Below, one piece after another: positions 25,573-34,706 of a stretch of 46,571 nucleotides of DNA (the first letter of the stretch is position 1; each line of letters opens with the position of its first letter). Source of the stretch: Candidatus Delongbacteria bacterium (GTDB taxonomy: Bacteria; CAIWAD01; BS150m-G50); assembly GCA_016784425.1 (NCBI GenBank), contig JADHUQ010000001.1:1-46571 (forward strand), written 5' to 3'. Both the position numbers and the translations under genes were made by a program. Below the pieces are notes generated by a model, which was given only the letters and a program-made list of their open reading frames with translations, made no database searches and was not told the origin of the DNA.

Positions 25573-26166
25573 CTATTCAGGCAGATACCCCTGCTCGACC
25601 GCCTCCCTGATCAGCTGCTCAGCATATTCCCACAGCGCCGGAGCGCCATCAACAATCTGGTGATTTCGTGCCGCCACCTGCTGACTGGTAATACCGTGTC
25701 TCCGCCAGGCGCCCCCACCGTCGGCAAAATTACTCAACATCGGCTGCAGGCGATCGACAGCAGCGGCAAAACGTGCGGTTACAGTTTTGCGCGCCTCAAA
25801 TTCGTCCCAGAGGGTGCGCAGCCCGGTTGCCTGGTCCACCGGCAGCAACCCGAATATCCGATCGGCAGCCAACCGCTCCCGATCCGGTTTGGTCGCTTCA
25901 CCGGCGTGGTCATAGGCGAATGTATCACCGGCATCTATTTCCACCAGGTCATGTATCACGACCATCTTCAACGCTTTCAATATATCGAGCTGATCCTGAT
26001 CAGCATATTCGCTCAACACGATGATCATCAGGGCCAGGTGCCAGGAATGCTCGGCGTCATTCTCACGGCGTCCACCTTTCAGCACAGATGTCTGCCGAAA
26101 AACTCCCTTTAGAAGCTCAACCTCCTTGATAAAACTCAGCTGTTGAATGAGCCGTTCGCTGGCCAT
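25573..26166 (-). CDS. HD-domain hydrolase, YfbR/HDDC2-like 5'-deoxynucleotidase family
   Basis: RENDAEHSWHLAL ... VVIHDLVEIDAGD matches the N..EHS...A / HD..E...GD pattern of this family. Confidence 0.82.
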   Translation of the reverse strand: MASERLIQQLSFIKEVELLKGVFRQTSVLKGGRRENDAEHSWHLALMIIVLSEYADQDQLDILKALKMVVIHDLVEIDAGDTFAYDHAGEATKPDRERLAADRIFGLLPVDQATGLRTLWDEFEARKTVTARFAAAVDRLQPMLSNFADGGGAWRRHGITSQQVAARNHQIVDGAPALWEYAEQLIREAVEQGYLPE

Positions 26167-26407
26167 TTGTTACCACCGGTTATTAGGATACACTTTTTAT
26201 GTTCTCTGCAAGGGGCTGGCGAAACCTTTGTCACCGCAGATCGGTCAGGCAGGAAAACTGCTGCTTCGCTCTGCCCTGCAGCACACTGCAGCTGCGCTGT
26301 CATTGTCGGTGCGGAAAGACTGATGAAATAACCACACAGACTGGACTAAGGCAAACAGAGTTTCATCAAAGCAGCAAAATCCCACCCGCAGGTTTTTACC
26401 GACCCAT

Positions 26408-27310
26408 TCAGGATCGCTTGCCGACCACGCTGACTGCTGGTGCGGATCGTTGCAGCACAATTCCGAGAACTATCAGGAGTAGACCGAGGATGGCAGTGTA
26501 ATGTATCTGTTCTCCAACCAGTTGGTGGATCCAGATCAACGATATAAAAGGAGTCAGGTAGATAGCGTTTAGAGGGAGGGCTGGGTTGCGTGCCAGTGAA
26601 AGCGCCCTCAGCCAGAAAAAGAAGGTGAACCCCATCTCGAACAGTCCGATATAAAATGCTCCACCCAGTTCAGCCAGGGCTGGAAGTTCCACCATCCCCC
26701 GAAACGGGAGCGCGCAGACGAGATAGAGCGAACCCCAGCTGAAGGCCATAGCCAGCTTGAGCAGGTCATCGCGTTGATCCCGCAGGTTGAGCAGCCAGAA
26801 GAGCGCCCACAGGCCGGTGCTGCTCAATGCCAGCACGACGCCACTCAGCTCCCCCGGTCCCGGTACCACCAGGTTGCCCCGGGTGACTACCAGCAGGACG
26901 CCGGTATAACTCACAACCAGCGCCAGCATTTTGCGCCAGGTCAGCTGTTGCTTTAACAACGGAACCGACAACAGCATCAGCATCAACGGCCAGGTGAAGT
27001 TGAGCGGTTGCGCCTGTTGCGCCGGCAGCAGTTTGTAGGCGTTGAAAAGCACCAGGTAGTAGAGTACGGGGTTGAGCGCACCCTGCAGAGCTGACAACGC
27101 CAATTCCCGGGATGATTGCTGTCGGAGCAGCACTCTGCCGCCGCGGGCCAGCAGTAATACCCAGAGCAGCAGGGTGGAGGTGAGTGTGGCCAGCAGCAGG
27201 AGGTCGGCGACCGGCAGCCTGCGCAGAACCAGTTTGAAAACAGCAGCAACTGTGGACCACCAGAAAATCGTCAACAGAAGATAGATATTGGCCTGATGAT
27301 CCCTCGTCAT
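26408..27310 (-). CDS. DMT-superfamily transporter (two EamA domains)
   Basis: 300 aa with about ten hydrophobic helices in two repeats. Its ATG shares one base with the ybaK stop (TAATG). Confidence 0.82.
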   Translation of the reverse strand: MTRDHQANIYLLLTIFWWSTVAAVFKLVLRRLPVADLLLLATLTSTLLLWVLLLARGGRVLLRQQSSRELALSALQGALNPVLYYLVLFNAYKLLPAQQAQPLNFTWPLMLMLLSVPLLKQQLTWRKMLALVVSYTGVLLVVTRGNLVVPGPGELSGVVLALSSTGLWALFWLLNLRDQRDDLLKLAMAFSWGSLYLVCALPFRGMVELPALAELGGAFYIGLFEMGFTFFFWLRALSLARNPALPLNAIYLTPFISLIWIHQLVGEQIHYTAILGLLLIVLGIVLQRSAPAVSVVGKRS

Positions 27311-27807
27311 TATCGGTTCTGTTTTTTTGTAGCTGCCTGCACCATAACCGGGTGGAGTAAACGTACCAGCTCCCGGGGAGTCATCTCGATCAACAAGCCC
27401 CTCTTACCGCCGTTGATATAGAGGCGCGACAGTTGCATAATCGATTTCTCCGCGAAGACTCTCAGTTTGCGCCTGGTTCCGAAAGGGGAAGTTCCACCCA
27501 CCAGATAACCGGTGATTTTCTGTGCCTGAGCCGGGGGGCAGGTTTGGATCGCCCGGACACCGAGTTGCCTTGCCAGTTGCTGCAGTGAAACCTCACGATC
27601 GCCATGCATCAACATTAAAAGGGGTTCAGCATTGGTGTCGATCAAAACCACGGTTTTAACCACTTCAAATTCAGCCGCCCCCGACTCCCTGGCTGCCACA
27701 CCGGTCCCCCCATGTTCCTCGTAATTGTAAAGATGTGTTTCAAAACTTGCCTTCCGGGTGCGCAACCAGCGGATACCGGTTGTGACGGGGACACGCGGAT
27801 TTCTCAC
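27310..27807 (-). CDS. ybaK: Cys-tRNA(Pro)/Cys-tRNA(Cys) deacylase YbaK/EbsC family
   Basis: The GTG at 27807 lies 5 nt after AGGGAGG and gives a 165-aa product (RNPRVPVTTGIRWLRTRKASFETHLYNYEEHG...), the usual YbaK size. Family motifs KTVVL, GYLVGGTSPFG and YINGGKRGL are present. The track ORF extends 60 codons further through AT-rich DNA. Confidence 0.82.
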   Translation of the reverse strand: MRNPRVPVTTGIRWLRTRKASFETHLYNYEEHGGTGVAARESGAAEFEVVKTVVLIDTNAEPLLMLMHGDREVSLQQLARQLGVRAIQTCPPAQAQKITGYLVGGTSPFGTRRKLRVFAEKSIMQLSRLYINGGKRGLLIEMTPRELVRLLHPVMVQAATKKQNR

Positions 27808-27974
27808 TGACACCTCCCTGAATGACAGGAATTCTGATAAATGACCCGTTTGAAGATGGTCAAAGAACCGCATAAGTTCAACCGGCTCGATTATAGACCT
27901 TAATGTATTGGCCAGTAAAAAAGCGACCACTGAAATCACCAAACTTAGAATATTTTTAGCATAAGCGAAAAGAG

Positions 27975-28003
27975 TTGACAATTTCACGATTAGTGCTTAC
28001 ATA
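27975..28003 (+). promoter_or_regulatory. candidate sigma70-type promoter (plus strand) in the ybaK / GH18 divergent region
   Basis: TTGACA (27975-27980), a 17-nt spacer, then TACATA (27998-28003). The same TTGACAA core read on the minus strand (TTGTCA, 17 nt, TAAAAT) could serve ybaK. Confidence 0.4.
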
Positions 28004-28009
28004 AAGTCT

Positions 28010-28143
28010 GAGGGAGGGTGGTTCCGACCACCTGATTATAGATAGATTCACAAACGGACTACGCTACTCAACCAAATCTGTGAGAGGAAATGATTGATTT
28101 GTCCGTGCGCGGGGCATACTGCGGTGTGACCCCGCTTTTTTTT
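28010..28143 (+). ncRNA. candidate ~130-nt small RNA or attenuating leader, bounded by a promoter and a strong terminator
   Basis: No plus-strand gene lies upstream. The stretch has an internal GGGTGG/CCACCT hairpin and ACGGAC/GTCCGT long-range pairing, and ends at the terminator at 28109-28143. I cannot assign a family. Confidence 0.3.
28109..28143 (+). terminator. strong rho-independent terminator
   Basis: GCGGGGCATAC-TGCG-GTGTGACCCCGC forms 11 pairs with one bulge, followed by T8-9. Confidence 0.8.
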
Positions 28144-28254
28144 GGTAATCTGGCTGACTCTTCCCCCCTCCGAATTGCTTTCCCGCTTGGTTGATTGCTG
28201 ATTGGGTGTTTTCTTGATGTGGAAACCTGGATCACACCGTTCAGCGAGAATATC

Positions 28255-29667
28255 ATGGCAGCAGGTCTGTTAATCTGTTTCTGTATGGTAGCAACAACAT
28301 TGCTGCCGATGGAATTTTCCCAGGCGTCACCAGCGGCCTTGAACCAGGAGGGCTCCTTTCCCTCTATCCATCAACTGCAACTGCAACAGAACTTTCCAGA
28401 TTTAATACCCCCGGGTGGAATCCCCCCCCAATATATCCCGCTGGCTTCCGGACGGGATCGGCTTGAACGCAATCTGGTTGGTTTTCTGCCCTACTGGATG
28501 GGCACCAGCTGGCAGAATTTCCCACCGCAACTGGTGACACATGTCTGCTGGTTCGCCCTGGAGCTGAACGCTGCCGGCGGGATTGACGCTCAACATGGTT
28601 GGCCGGACGGTCCCCTGGTTGACTACTTTCACAGCCATGGCGTACCGGTGCTGGTAACGGCGACCCTGTTTGGTGGGGCCGACCTGGCAACTTTGCTGAA
28701 CTCACCGACCTACCGGGCTAATGCCTGCAACAATATGCTGGAACGGATGCGGGCGGGAGACGCGGACGGTATCATGATCGATTTCGAACAGTTGCCCGCC
28801 AGCCAGTACTGGAATATGCTCACCTTCATGAATGAGTTGAGGTCGGCAGTTGACCAGGCGGGTGTGGAAGATGGGCGTCTCTACCGGCTTATGGTCTGCA
28901 CCCCGGCGGTGGACTGGGCTGGGAGTTACGGCTACAGTGGGCTTTCCGACTGCTGTGATGCACTGTTTATCATGTGTTACAATTACTACTGGAGTGGTTC
29001 CACCACTACCGGACCGGTCGCACCTGCCAGCGGTTGGGGCAATTACAATGTCGACTGGTCGGTGCAGGACCATCTAAATTATAACGGTAACCGGCCCGAT
29101 AAGTTACTGGTCGGGATGCCCTGGTACGGCTATGACTGGCCCTGTCTGTCTGCCGAACCGGGTACAGCCACCAGTGGGGCAGGTACCGCAAGAATTTATT
29201 CCTCCGCTCGCGACCTGGCCCTGGAACAAGGCTGGCAACGTGAGACAATCGCGCAAACACCCTGGACACCCTATCTCGCTGAAGGATGGCGTCAATGCTG
29301 GCATGAGGACACTGTCAGTCTGGGCCTGAAACTGGATCTGGTAGAAATCTATGACTTGCAGGGCGCAGGTGTCTGGGCGCTGGGATACCAGGGGGAGTGG
29401 AGTGAGGTCTGGGTTCAGATTGAACAGCGTCTGGTTGGGGAGCCCCCTGGCGGTGTCGCTGATCTGCAGATAGAATTACATGATGGTGGCGTGCGACTGA
29501 GCTGGTCTCCACTGCCGGGTGCTACTGCCTACATGATACACGCCTCCAGCGATCCCTACTTTTCACCCACCCCCGGAACCCTGCTTTTTACCCAGGCTGC
29601 AACCTGGTTTAACGCACCGGCAAGCGATTCGGCCTGTTTCTACCGGGTGGTTGGAGTTATCGAATGA
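28255..29667 (+). CDS. secreted glycoside hydrolase family 18-like protein with C-terminal Fn3/Ig-like domain
   Basis: The signal-like N-terminus MAAGLLICFCMVATTLLP starts at the ATG at 28255. The GH18 catalytic motif D-x-x-D-x-D-x-E appears as DADGIMIDFE. The C-terminal LQIELHDGGVRLSWSPLPGATAY resembles Fn3. Confidence 0.75.
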   Translation: MAAGLLICFCMVATTLLPMEFSQASPAALNQEGSFPSIHQLQLQQNFPDLIPPGGIPPQYIPLASGRDRLERNLVGFLPYWMGTSWQNFPPQLVTHVCWFALELNAAGGIDAQHGWPDGPLVDYFHSHGVPVLVTATLFGGADLATLLNSPTYRANACNNMLERMRAGDADGIMIDFEQLPASQYWNMLTFMNELRSAVDQAGVEDGRLYRLMVCTPAVDWAGSYGYSGLSDCCDALFIMCYNYYWSGSTTTGPVAPASGWGNYNVDWSVQDHLNYNGNRPDKLLVGMPWYGYDWPCLSAEPGTATSGAGTARIYSSARDLALEQGWQRETIAQTPWTPYLAEGWRQCWHEDTVSLGLKLDLVEIYDLQGAGVWALGYQGEWSEVWVQIEQRLVGEPPGGVADLQIELHDGGVRLSWSPLPGATAYMIHASSDPYFSPTPGTLLFTQAATWFNAPASDSACFYRVVGVIE

Positions 29668-30551
29668 GCGGGGAACTCGCCGCCATCCTGACAGCTGCCT
29701 GTTTCGCCTATAACGCGATCCTCTTCAACATCGCCGGAAGGCGCGTTACTTCGCCGGTAGTCAACCGTATGCGCCTGCTGGGGGCACTGGTCGTACTGGC
29801 GAGCCTGCACTGGATTTTGCGTGGCACTCCCTTTCCCCTCGATGCGGGATGGGAACGTTTTAACTGGCTGGCGGTTTCCGCTATCATCGGGTTTGTCCTG
29901 GGTGACGCCGCCCTCTTCGAGGCGTTGGTACGTATTGGTGCCCGTTACACCGTATTGCTGACAACCCTGATCCCGATTTTCAGCAGTCTGATCGCCTGGC
30001 TGCTCCTGGGCGAACGAATACTGCTCACAGAATGGGGCTTTATCCTCCTGACGATGGCCGGTATTGCCTGGGTTATCACTGAACGGCGTACTACTGGAAT
30101 TGTATCACGTCGCCACCTCTTTACCGGGTTGGGGCTGGGAATCTTCGCAGCGTTGGCACAGGCCACAGGTCTGGTTTTCAGCAAGTTGGGACTGAGTGAT
30201 GAGTATTCGGTGTTTTCTGCAACCCTGGTTCGTATTGCAGTGGCCACGTTGATCCTCTGGCTCCCGATCATGCTGCGTCGTCGGGTGGGTGAGGATTTCA
30301 GGAGACTTAAGGACCGGGTAGCTCGCAACGCGCTTTTGAAAGGTACTTTCGTGGGACCGGTCGCAGGTGTAATGCTCTCCCTTTACGCGGTACAGCAGGT
30401 GCGGGTTGGTATTGCCTCGACGCTGATGTCATTGATCCCCATATTCCTGCTGCCGCTGGGATGGTTTATGCTGAAAGAGAGAGTTTCCTGGCGAGCGCTG
30501 CTGGGTACAATACTGGCGGTAAGTGGCGCAGCCGGGCTGCTGCTCGGGTAA
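29664..30551 (+). CDS. DMT-superfamily transporter (two EamA domains)
   Basis: ATGA overlap with the GH18-like gene. 295 aa with ten predicted helices. Confidence 0.82.
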   Translation: MSGELAAILTAACFAYNAILFNIAGRRVTSPVVNRMRLLGALVVLASLHWILRGTPFPLDAGWERFNWLAVSAIIGFVLGDAALFEALVRIGARYTVLLTTLIPIFSSLIAWLLLGERILLTEWGFILLTMAGIAWVITERRTTGIVSRRHLFTGLGLGIFAALAQATGLVFSKLGLSDEYSVFSATLVRIAVATLILWLPIMLRRRVGEDFRRLKDRVARNALLKGTFVGPVAGVMLSLYAVQQVRVGIASTLMSLIPIFLLPLGWFMLKERVSWRALLGTILAVSGAAGLLLG

Positions 30552-30693
30552 TGCCAACGAGGACTGGAAAAGGCACGATCATCTCCCGCCAGTCAGGTTT
30601 CAATAGTTGCAGGTTGACTGCAACCGGGTTGAACATTTCCTCTTCTAAACGGAAGTGAAGAACAGAGGAGTGGAGTCTGTTTTGAAGGAGAAA

Positions 30694-33072
30694 ATGACGA
30701 TCATACCTCTTTGTCTCACACTGTTTATTGCACTGCCTGTGTTATTACCTGCAGCCGAGGGCATCGTCCGTGGCACAGTACACGATGGTGTAACTCTGCA
30801 GCCCCTGGGCGGAACCAATGTGACGATTGAAGGATCCACCGCCGGTGCTGCCACCGACAGCAACGGTGTATTTGAAATAAGGCTGGTCCCGCCCGGCACC
30901 TTGCAGCTGAGGGCGAGTCGTCTGGGTTACAGCTCGCGGGTGTTGACTGCGGTAGTTGTGCATGCAGAACGTATCACACAGGTCGAATTCAAGCTGCAGC
31001 AGCAACTCGAACAGATGGACACGGTTGAGGTGGTCGCCCACGCCGAGTATTTCGACGCTCCCCGCGAAATGAAAGTCAGCACCCAGACCATGCGCTTCGA
31101 GGAGATCCGCCGTGCTGCCGGTGGTATCGAGGACATTCAACGTGTCGTACAACAGCTGCCGGGTGTTGTCTCCACTACCGATCAGGATAATGAAGTGATC
31201 GTACGGGGTGGTAATCCAAACGAGAACATGTTCCTGCTGGACGGACTGGAACTACCCAACATCAACCACTTTGGAGTGCAGGGGGCCGGGGGCGGACCAA
31301 TCGGCATGCTGAATAATGAACTTGTCAGGGAGGTCGATTTTCTGGCAGGTGCTTTCCCCGCCCGGTGGGACGGCAAACTTTCCAGCGTCATGGATATTTC
31401 CCTCCGCTCAGGACGTCGCGACCGGTTGCAGGGCAATATCAATCTCTCGATGTCCGGCGCGGGTGCTCTGCTGGAAGGTCCCGCTGGTGCAGGCACTTCC
31501 TGGATAGTTTCTTTTCGACGCAGCTATCTGTCACTGATTCACGGTGCTGTCGGGCTGACGGCGATTCCGGAGTACTGGAACAGCCAGTTGAAAGTGACCC
31601 ACCAGATAACACCCCTGCAGAAGCTGATGTTCAACGGTATCTATGGCGATGACTACATAAGTTTCAGCGATTCCGCGCAGACCGCCTACTCCCGTGGCGC
31701 GGAGGATGTAGACAGCCGGGGTCACCAGGGAGCCCTCGGTCTGACGCTGGATTCATACTGGTCGGAACGACACTACAGCCGTACTGTACTCGGGGTTTCG
31801 GAAAACTACTGGGATCTGCTGGTAAAGAAGGACAAGGTGGAATGGGTCACCATTAACAACCGGGAGCGTCTCTGGCAGCTGCGCAGTGACCATACCTGGC
31901 AGTTGACCCACCGCCTGGAGCTGTACGCCGGGGCTTACTGGAAGACCTTCCAGAGTGACTATGATGAGGTCATCTCCGCCGACACCGTTTTCTACTACGA
32001 TCCTGCTGATCCTGCGGAAGATCCGGAACCGGTTGGTTGGGATCCGGAGCATATCGAACCACGTCATGCTGTTGACTGGTCCGGGTATGATCAACTGCCC
32101 GGTGGCTACTTTGAATTCAAGCTCAACTGGCACCGCTTCTTCATTCGCCCCGGTGTACACCTGATGTATACCGGTTGGAGCGATGAGTTGACCTTTTCAC
32201 CACGTCTGGCTCTGGTTCTGCCCTCGTCCCCTGTCAGCTGGAAGGCAGCCTGGGGACGCAGCCACCAGCCACCCTCTCCCTCGCTTACCCATATTTACAA
32301 TAAGGATTCCCGGTTGTCACCCGCCTTCAGCGATCAGGTTGTTATCGGCGCTGAATGGCGTCCCCGCGATGATCTGAAGATTACGCTGACCGGTTATCAG
32401 CGCTGGTTCCGGAAAGTGCCAATCAGCAGGTCGCTTACAACTACCGACAGCCTGGATAGTGGTTTTGACTATGTTAATGCGGGGGAAGGGGATTCCCGTG
32501 GGGTGGAGTTCTTTATGCAGCAGCGGATGACGCGTGGTTATTACTACATCATCAGCCTCGCTGCGTCCCGCGCGGAACGGATTGATCCCCGTGACGGCAG
32601 CACCCGTCTGCCGGACAGCTGGGACTATCGTCAGGTCGTCTCGTTGAGCGGGGGGCGCAAGATTCCCTTCCACCATAAGCCCTGGTATCAACAGCTCAAA
32701 AAACAGTGGTGGTTCAATCTGATCGCCTGGTTGCCTGTTACACCGGCCGATGAACTGGAGCTGCTGCTGCATTATCGCTATCTGGGTGGGCGTCCCTACA
32801 CTGAATCCATCTACTATCCGGAACTGCGTCGCTGGCTGACCGACGGGTCGACTCCTTTCAACGGCGCCCGTTATCCGCACTATTCACGGTTGGACCTGCG
32901 GATTGACCGTCGCTTCTTTTTCGGGCGCACCAACCTGGTAACCTACCTGGAGGTGGAAAACCTGTTTGACCGTAAGAACATCTTCAAGCAGGACTATACC
33001 AGCGCCGGCGAACGGGTTGATATCCTGCAGTTCCGTCGTTTCATTGTCGGAGGGGTAGTATGGGAATTCTAA
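30694..33072 (+). CDS. TonB-dependent-receptor-like outer-membrane protein with N-terminal carboxypeptidase-regulatory-like domain
   Basis: AAGGAG precedes the ATG at 30694 and a signal peptide follows. The CarboxypepD_reg pattern is GIVRGTVHDGVTLQPLGGTNVTIEG...TDSNGVFEI, and the plug-like segment is IQRVVQQLPGV...VRGG. A long beta-barrel ends in ...GGVVWEF. Confidence 0.82.
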   Translation: MTIIPLCLTLFIALPVLLPAAEGIVRGTVHDGVTLQPLGGTNVTIEGSTAGAATDSNGVFEIRLVPPGTLQLRASRLGYSSRVLTAVVVHAERITQVEFKLQQQLEQMDTVEVVAHAEYFDAPREMKVSTQTMRFEEIRRAAGGIEDIQRVVQQLPGVVSTTDQDNEVIVRGGNPNENMFLLDGLELPNINHFGVQGAGGGPIGMLNNELVREVDFLAGAFPARWDGKLSSVMDISLRSGRRDRLQGNINLSMSGAGALLEGPAGAGTSWIVSFRRSYLSLIHGAVGLTAIPEYWNSQLKVTHQITPLQKLMFNGIYGDDYISFSDSAQTAYSRGAEDVDSRGHQGALGLTLDSYWSERHYSRTVLGVSENYWDLLVKKDKVEWVTINNRERLWQLRSDHTWQLTHRLELYAGAYWKTFQSDYDEVISADTVFYYDPADPAEDPEPVGWDPEHIEPRHAVDWSGYDQLPGGYFEFKLNWHRFFIRPGVHLMYTGWSDELTFSPRLALVLPSSPVSWKAAWGRSHQPPSPSLTHIYNKDSRLSPAFSDQVVIGAEWRPRDDLKITLTGYQRWFRKVPISRSLTTTDSLDSGFDYVNAGEGDSRGVEFFMQQRMTRGYYYIISLAASRAERIDPRDGSTRLPDSWDYRQVVSLSGGRKIPFHHKPWYQQLKKQWWFNLIAWLPVTPADELELLLHYRYLGGRPYTESIYYPELRRWLTDGSTPFNGARYPHYSRLDLRIDRRFFFGRTNLVTYLEVENLFDRKNIFKQDYTSAGERVDILQFRRFIVGGVVWEF

Positions 33073-33114
33073 GTTCAACCCAACCTGCGGCATAAAAATG
33101 GATGTAAGACAATA

Positions 33115-34677
33115 ATGGAGTTTTCCTCGACCGACCTGCAGCAAATGGCTGCGTGTGGCATTGCTGTTGAAGCGGTAAAAGAGCAGTTACAACGCTTTCA
33201 ACAGGGTGTTCCACCCATCAGGATAGAGCGCCCCTGTACAATTGACGATGGTATCCGGCAGTTGGACACTCCCGAGATTCACCGGTTGCGCCAACGCTTC
33301 CAGACAGCTTTAAACCGGGGACGTGTTACAAAAATGGTACCCGCTTCCGGAGCGGCTACCCGTATGTTCCAAGCGCTGCTGACGGTGCTGGAGCGTAACG
33401 ATCTACCGGAGGTGAACGACCTGCGACAACAGGCTCATATAAATCAACAGGTGCGTGATACACTGACATTTCTCGAGAACCTCGAGCAGTTTCCCTTTCA
33501 GACGAAGCTCGCCAGACTGGCGCAAGCACGCGGAACGGATTTGAAAACCGAACTGGCTGCCGGTGTGTATCGCGAGGTGTTACAGGATTTGCTCACCACC
33601 CGGGGAATGGATTGTGTCCGTCTGCCCAAAGCTGTACTTCCATTCCATAGTTATAAGGATTACACCCGGACAGCTGTCGAAGAGCATCTGCAGGAAGCGC
33701 AACAGTACGCCTGTGATCGTGAGGGTCGTCTGCGACTCCATCTGACCATTTCTGATGAAAGTAGAGCAGCGGTGGAGGGTCTGCTGGCCCGAGCGGCTGC
33801 AAGCCAACTGCCAGCAAGCCTTGTGCTGGAAATCACCTGTTCCGATCAGCATACCAGCACCGACACTATTGCAGTCGATTCTGATAACTACCCGCTGCGT
33901 GATGATCAGGGACGTCTGGTTTTCCGCCCCGGGGGGCATGGCGCCCTGCTGGAAAACCTGCAGGAGCTGGGTGGTGATGTTATCTTTGTCAAAAACATCG
34001 ACAACGTGGCACACGATCGACATCTGGCGTTGACTGTAGAGTACAAGCAGGCTTTGGGTGGCTTATTGCTGGAACTCCAGGATCAGCTGTTTGCCTGGTT
34101 GCAGGAAATGACTACAACTGCAATCTCCCCGGACAGCCTGGGGGAAATGCTGCTTTTCGTACAGCAGGAGCTGGGGCTCCAACCACCCGGGGATGTTCTG
34201 GAGGCCACAGCAGCGGTGCAGCTGCCCTGGATGATCGCCCGTTTGAACCGGCCGTTGCGGATCTGCGGGGTAGTGAGAAACGAAGGGGAGCCGGGCGGCG
34301 GACCTTTCTGGGTAAGGGATGATGCCGGTATGGAGACAAAACAACTGGTTGAGCTGGGACAGGTTGATGTCAGCGATCCGGATCAGCAAGAACTGGTGAA
34401 TGGTGCCACACATTTCAGCCCGGTGGATCTGGTCTGCGGTGTGCGGGATTTCCGTGGCGATCCCTTTGATCTGCACCAATTCCGTGATCCTGCCAGCGGT
34501 ATGATCTCGGAGAAATCTTACCAGGGCCGCCAACTGAAAGCGTTGGAATTGCCCGGACTCTGGAATGGCGGCATGGCCTACTGGAATACAGTATTTGTTG
34601 AAGTACCCCCGCTGACCTTCAATCCAGTCAAATCGGTCCTCGATCTGTTGCGACCACCCCACCAGCCGCAGGACTGA
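33115..34677 (+). CDS. DUF4301-family protein (uncharacterised, nucleotidyltransferase-like)
   Basis: 520 aa. The N-terminus F...DL.Q....GI....V..QL.RF..G.P and the motif VPASGAATRMF match my recollection of DUF4301 proteins of FCB bacteria. The call is by eye only. Confidence 0.6.
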   Translation: MEFSSTDLQQMAACGIAVEAVKEQLQRFQQGVPPIRIERPCTIDDGIRQLDTPEIHRLRQRFQTALNRGRVTKMVPASGAATRMFQALLTVLERNDLPEVNDLRQQAHINQQVRDTLTFLENLEQFPFQTKLARLAQARGTDLKTELAAGVYREVLQDLLTTRGMDCVRLPKAVLPFHSYKDYTRTAVEEHLQEAQQYACDREGRLRLHLTISDESRAAVEGLLARAAASQLPASLVLEITCSDQHTSTDTIAVDSDNYPLRDDQGRLVFRPGGHGALLENLQELGGDVIFVKNIDNVAHDRHLALTVEYKQALGGLLLELQDQLFAWLQEMTTTAISPDSLGEMLLFVQQELGLQPPGDVLEATAAVQLPWMIARLNRPLRICGVVRNEGEPGGGPFWVRDDAGMETKQLVELGQVDVSDPDQQELVNGATHFSPVDLVCGVRDFRGDPFDLHQFRDPASGMISEKSYQGRQLKALELPGLWNGGMAYWNTVFVEVPPLTFNPVKSVLDLLRPPHQPQD

Positions 34678-34706
34678 AACCGGCGTAATTGGCGCCAGGG
34701 AGTTGC

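Noticed and set aside
25561-26112. 183-aa plus-strand ORF
   Set aside because: It is antisense to the HD-domain gene, which shows the H...HD...D metal-binding pattern.
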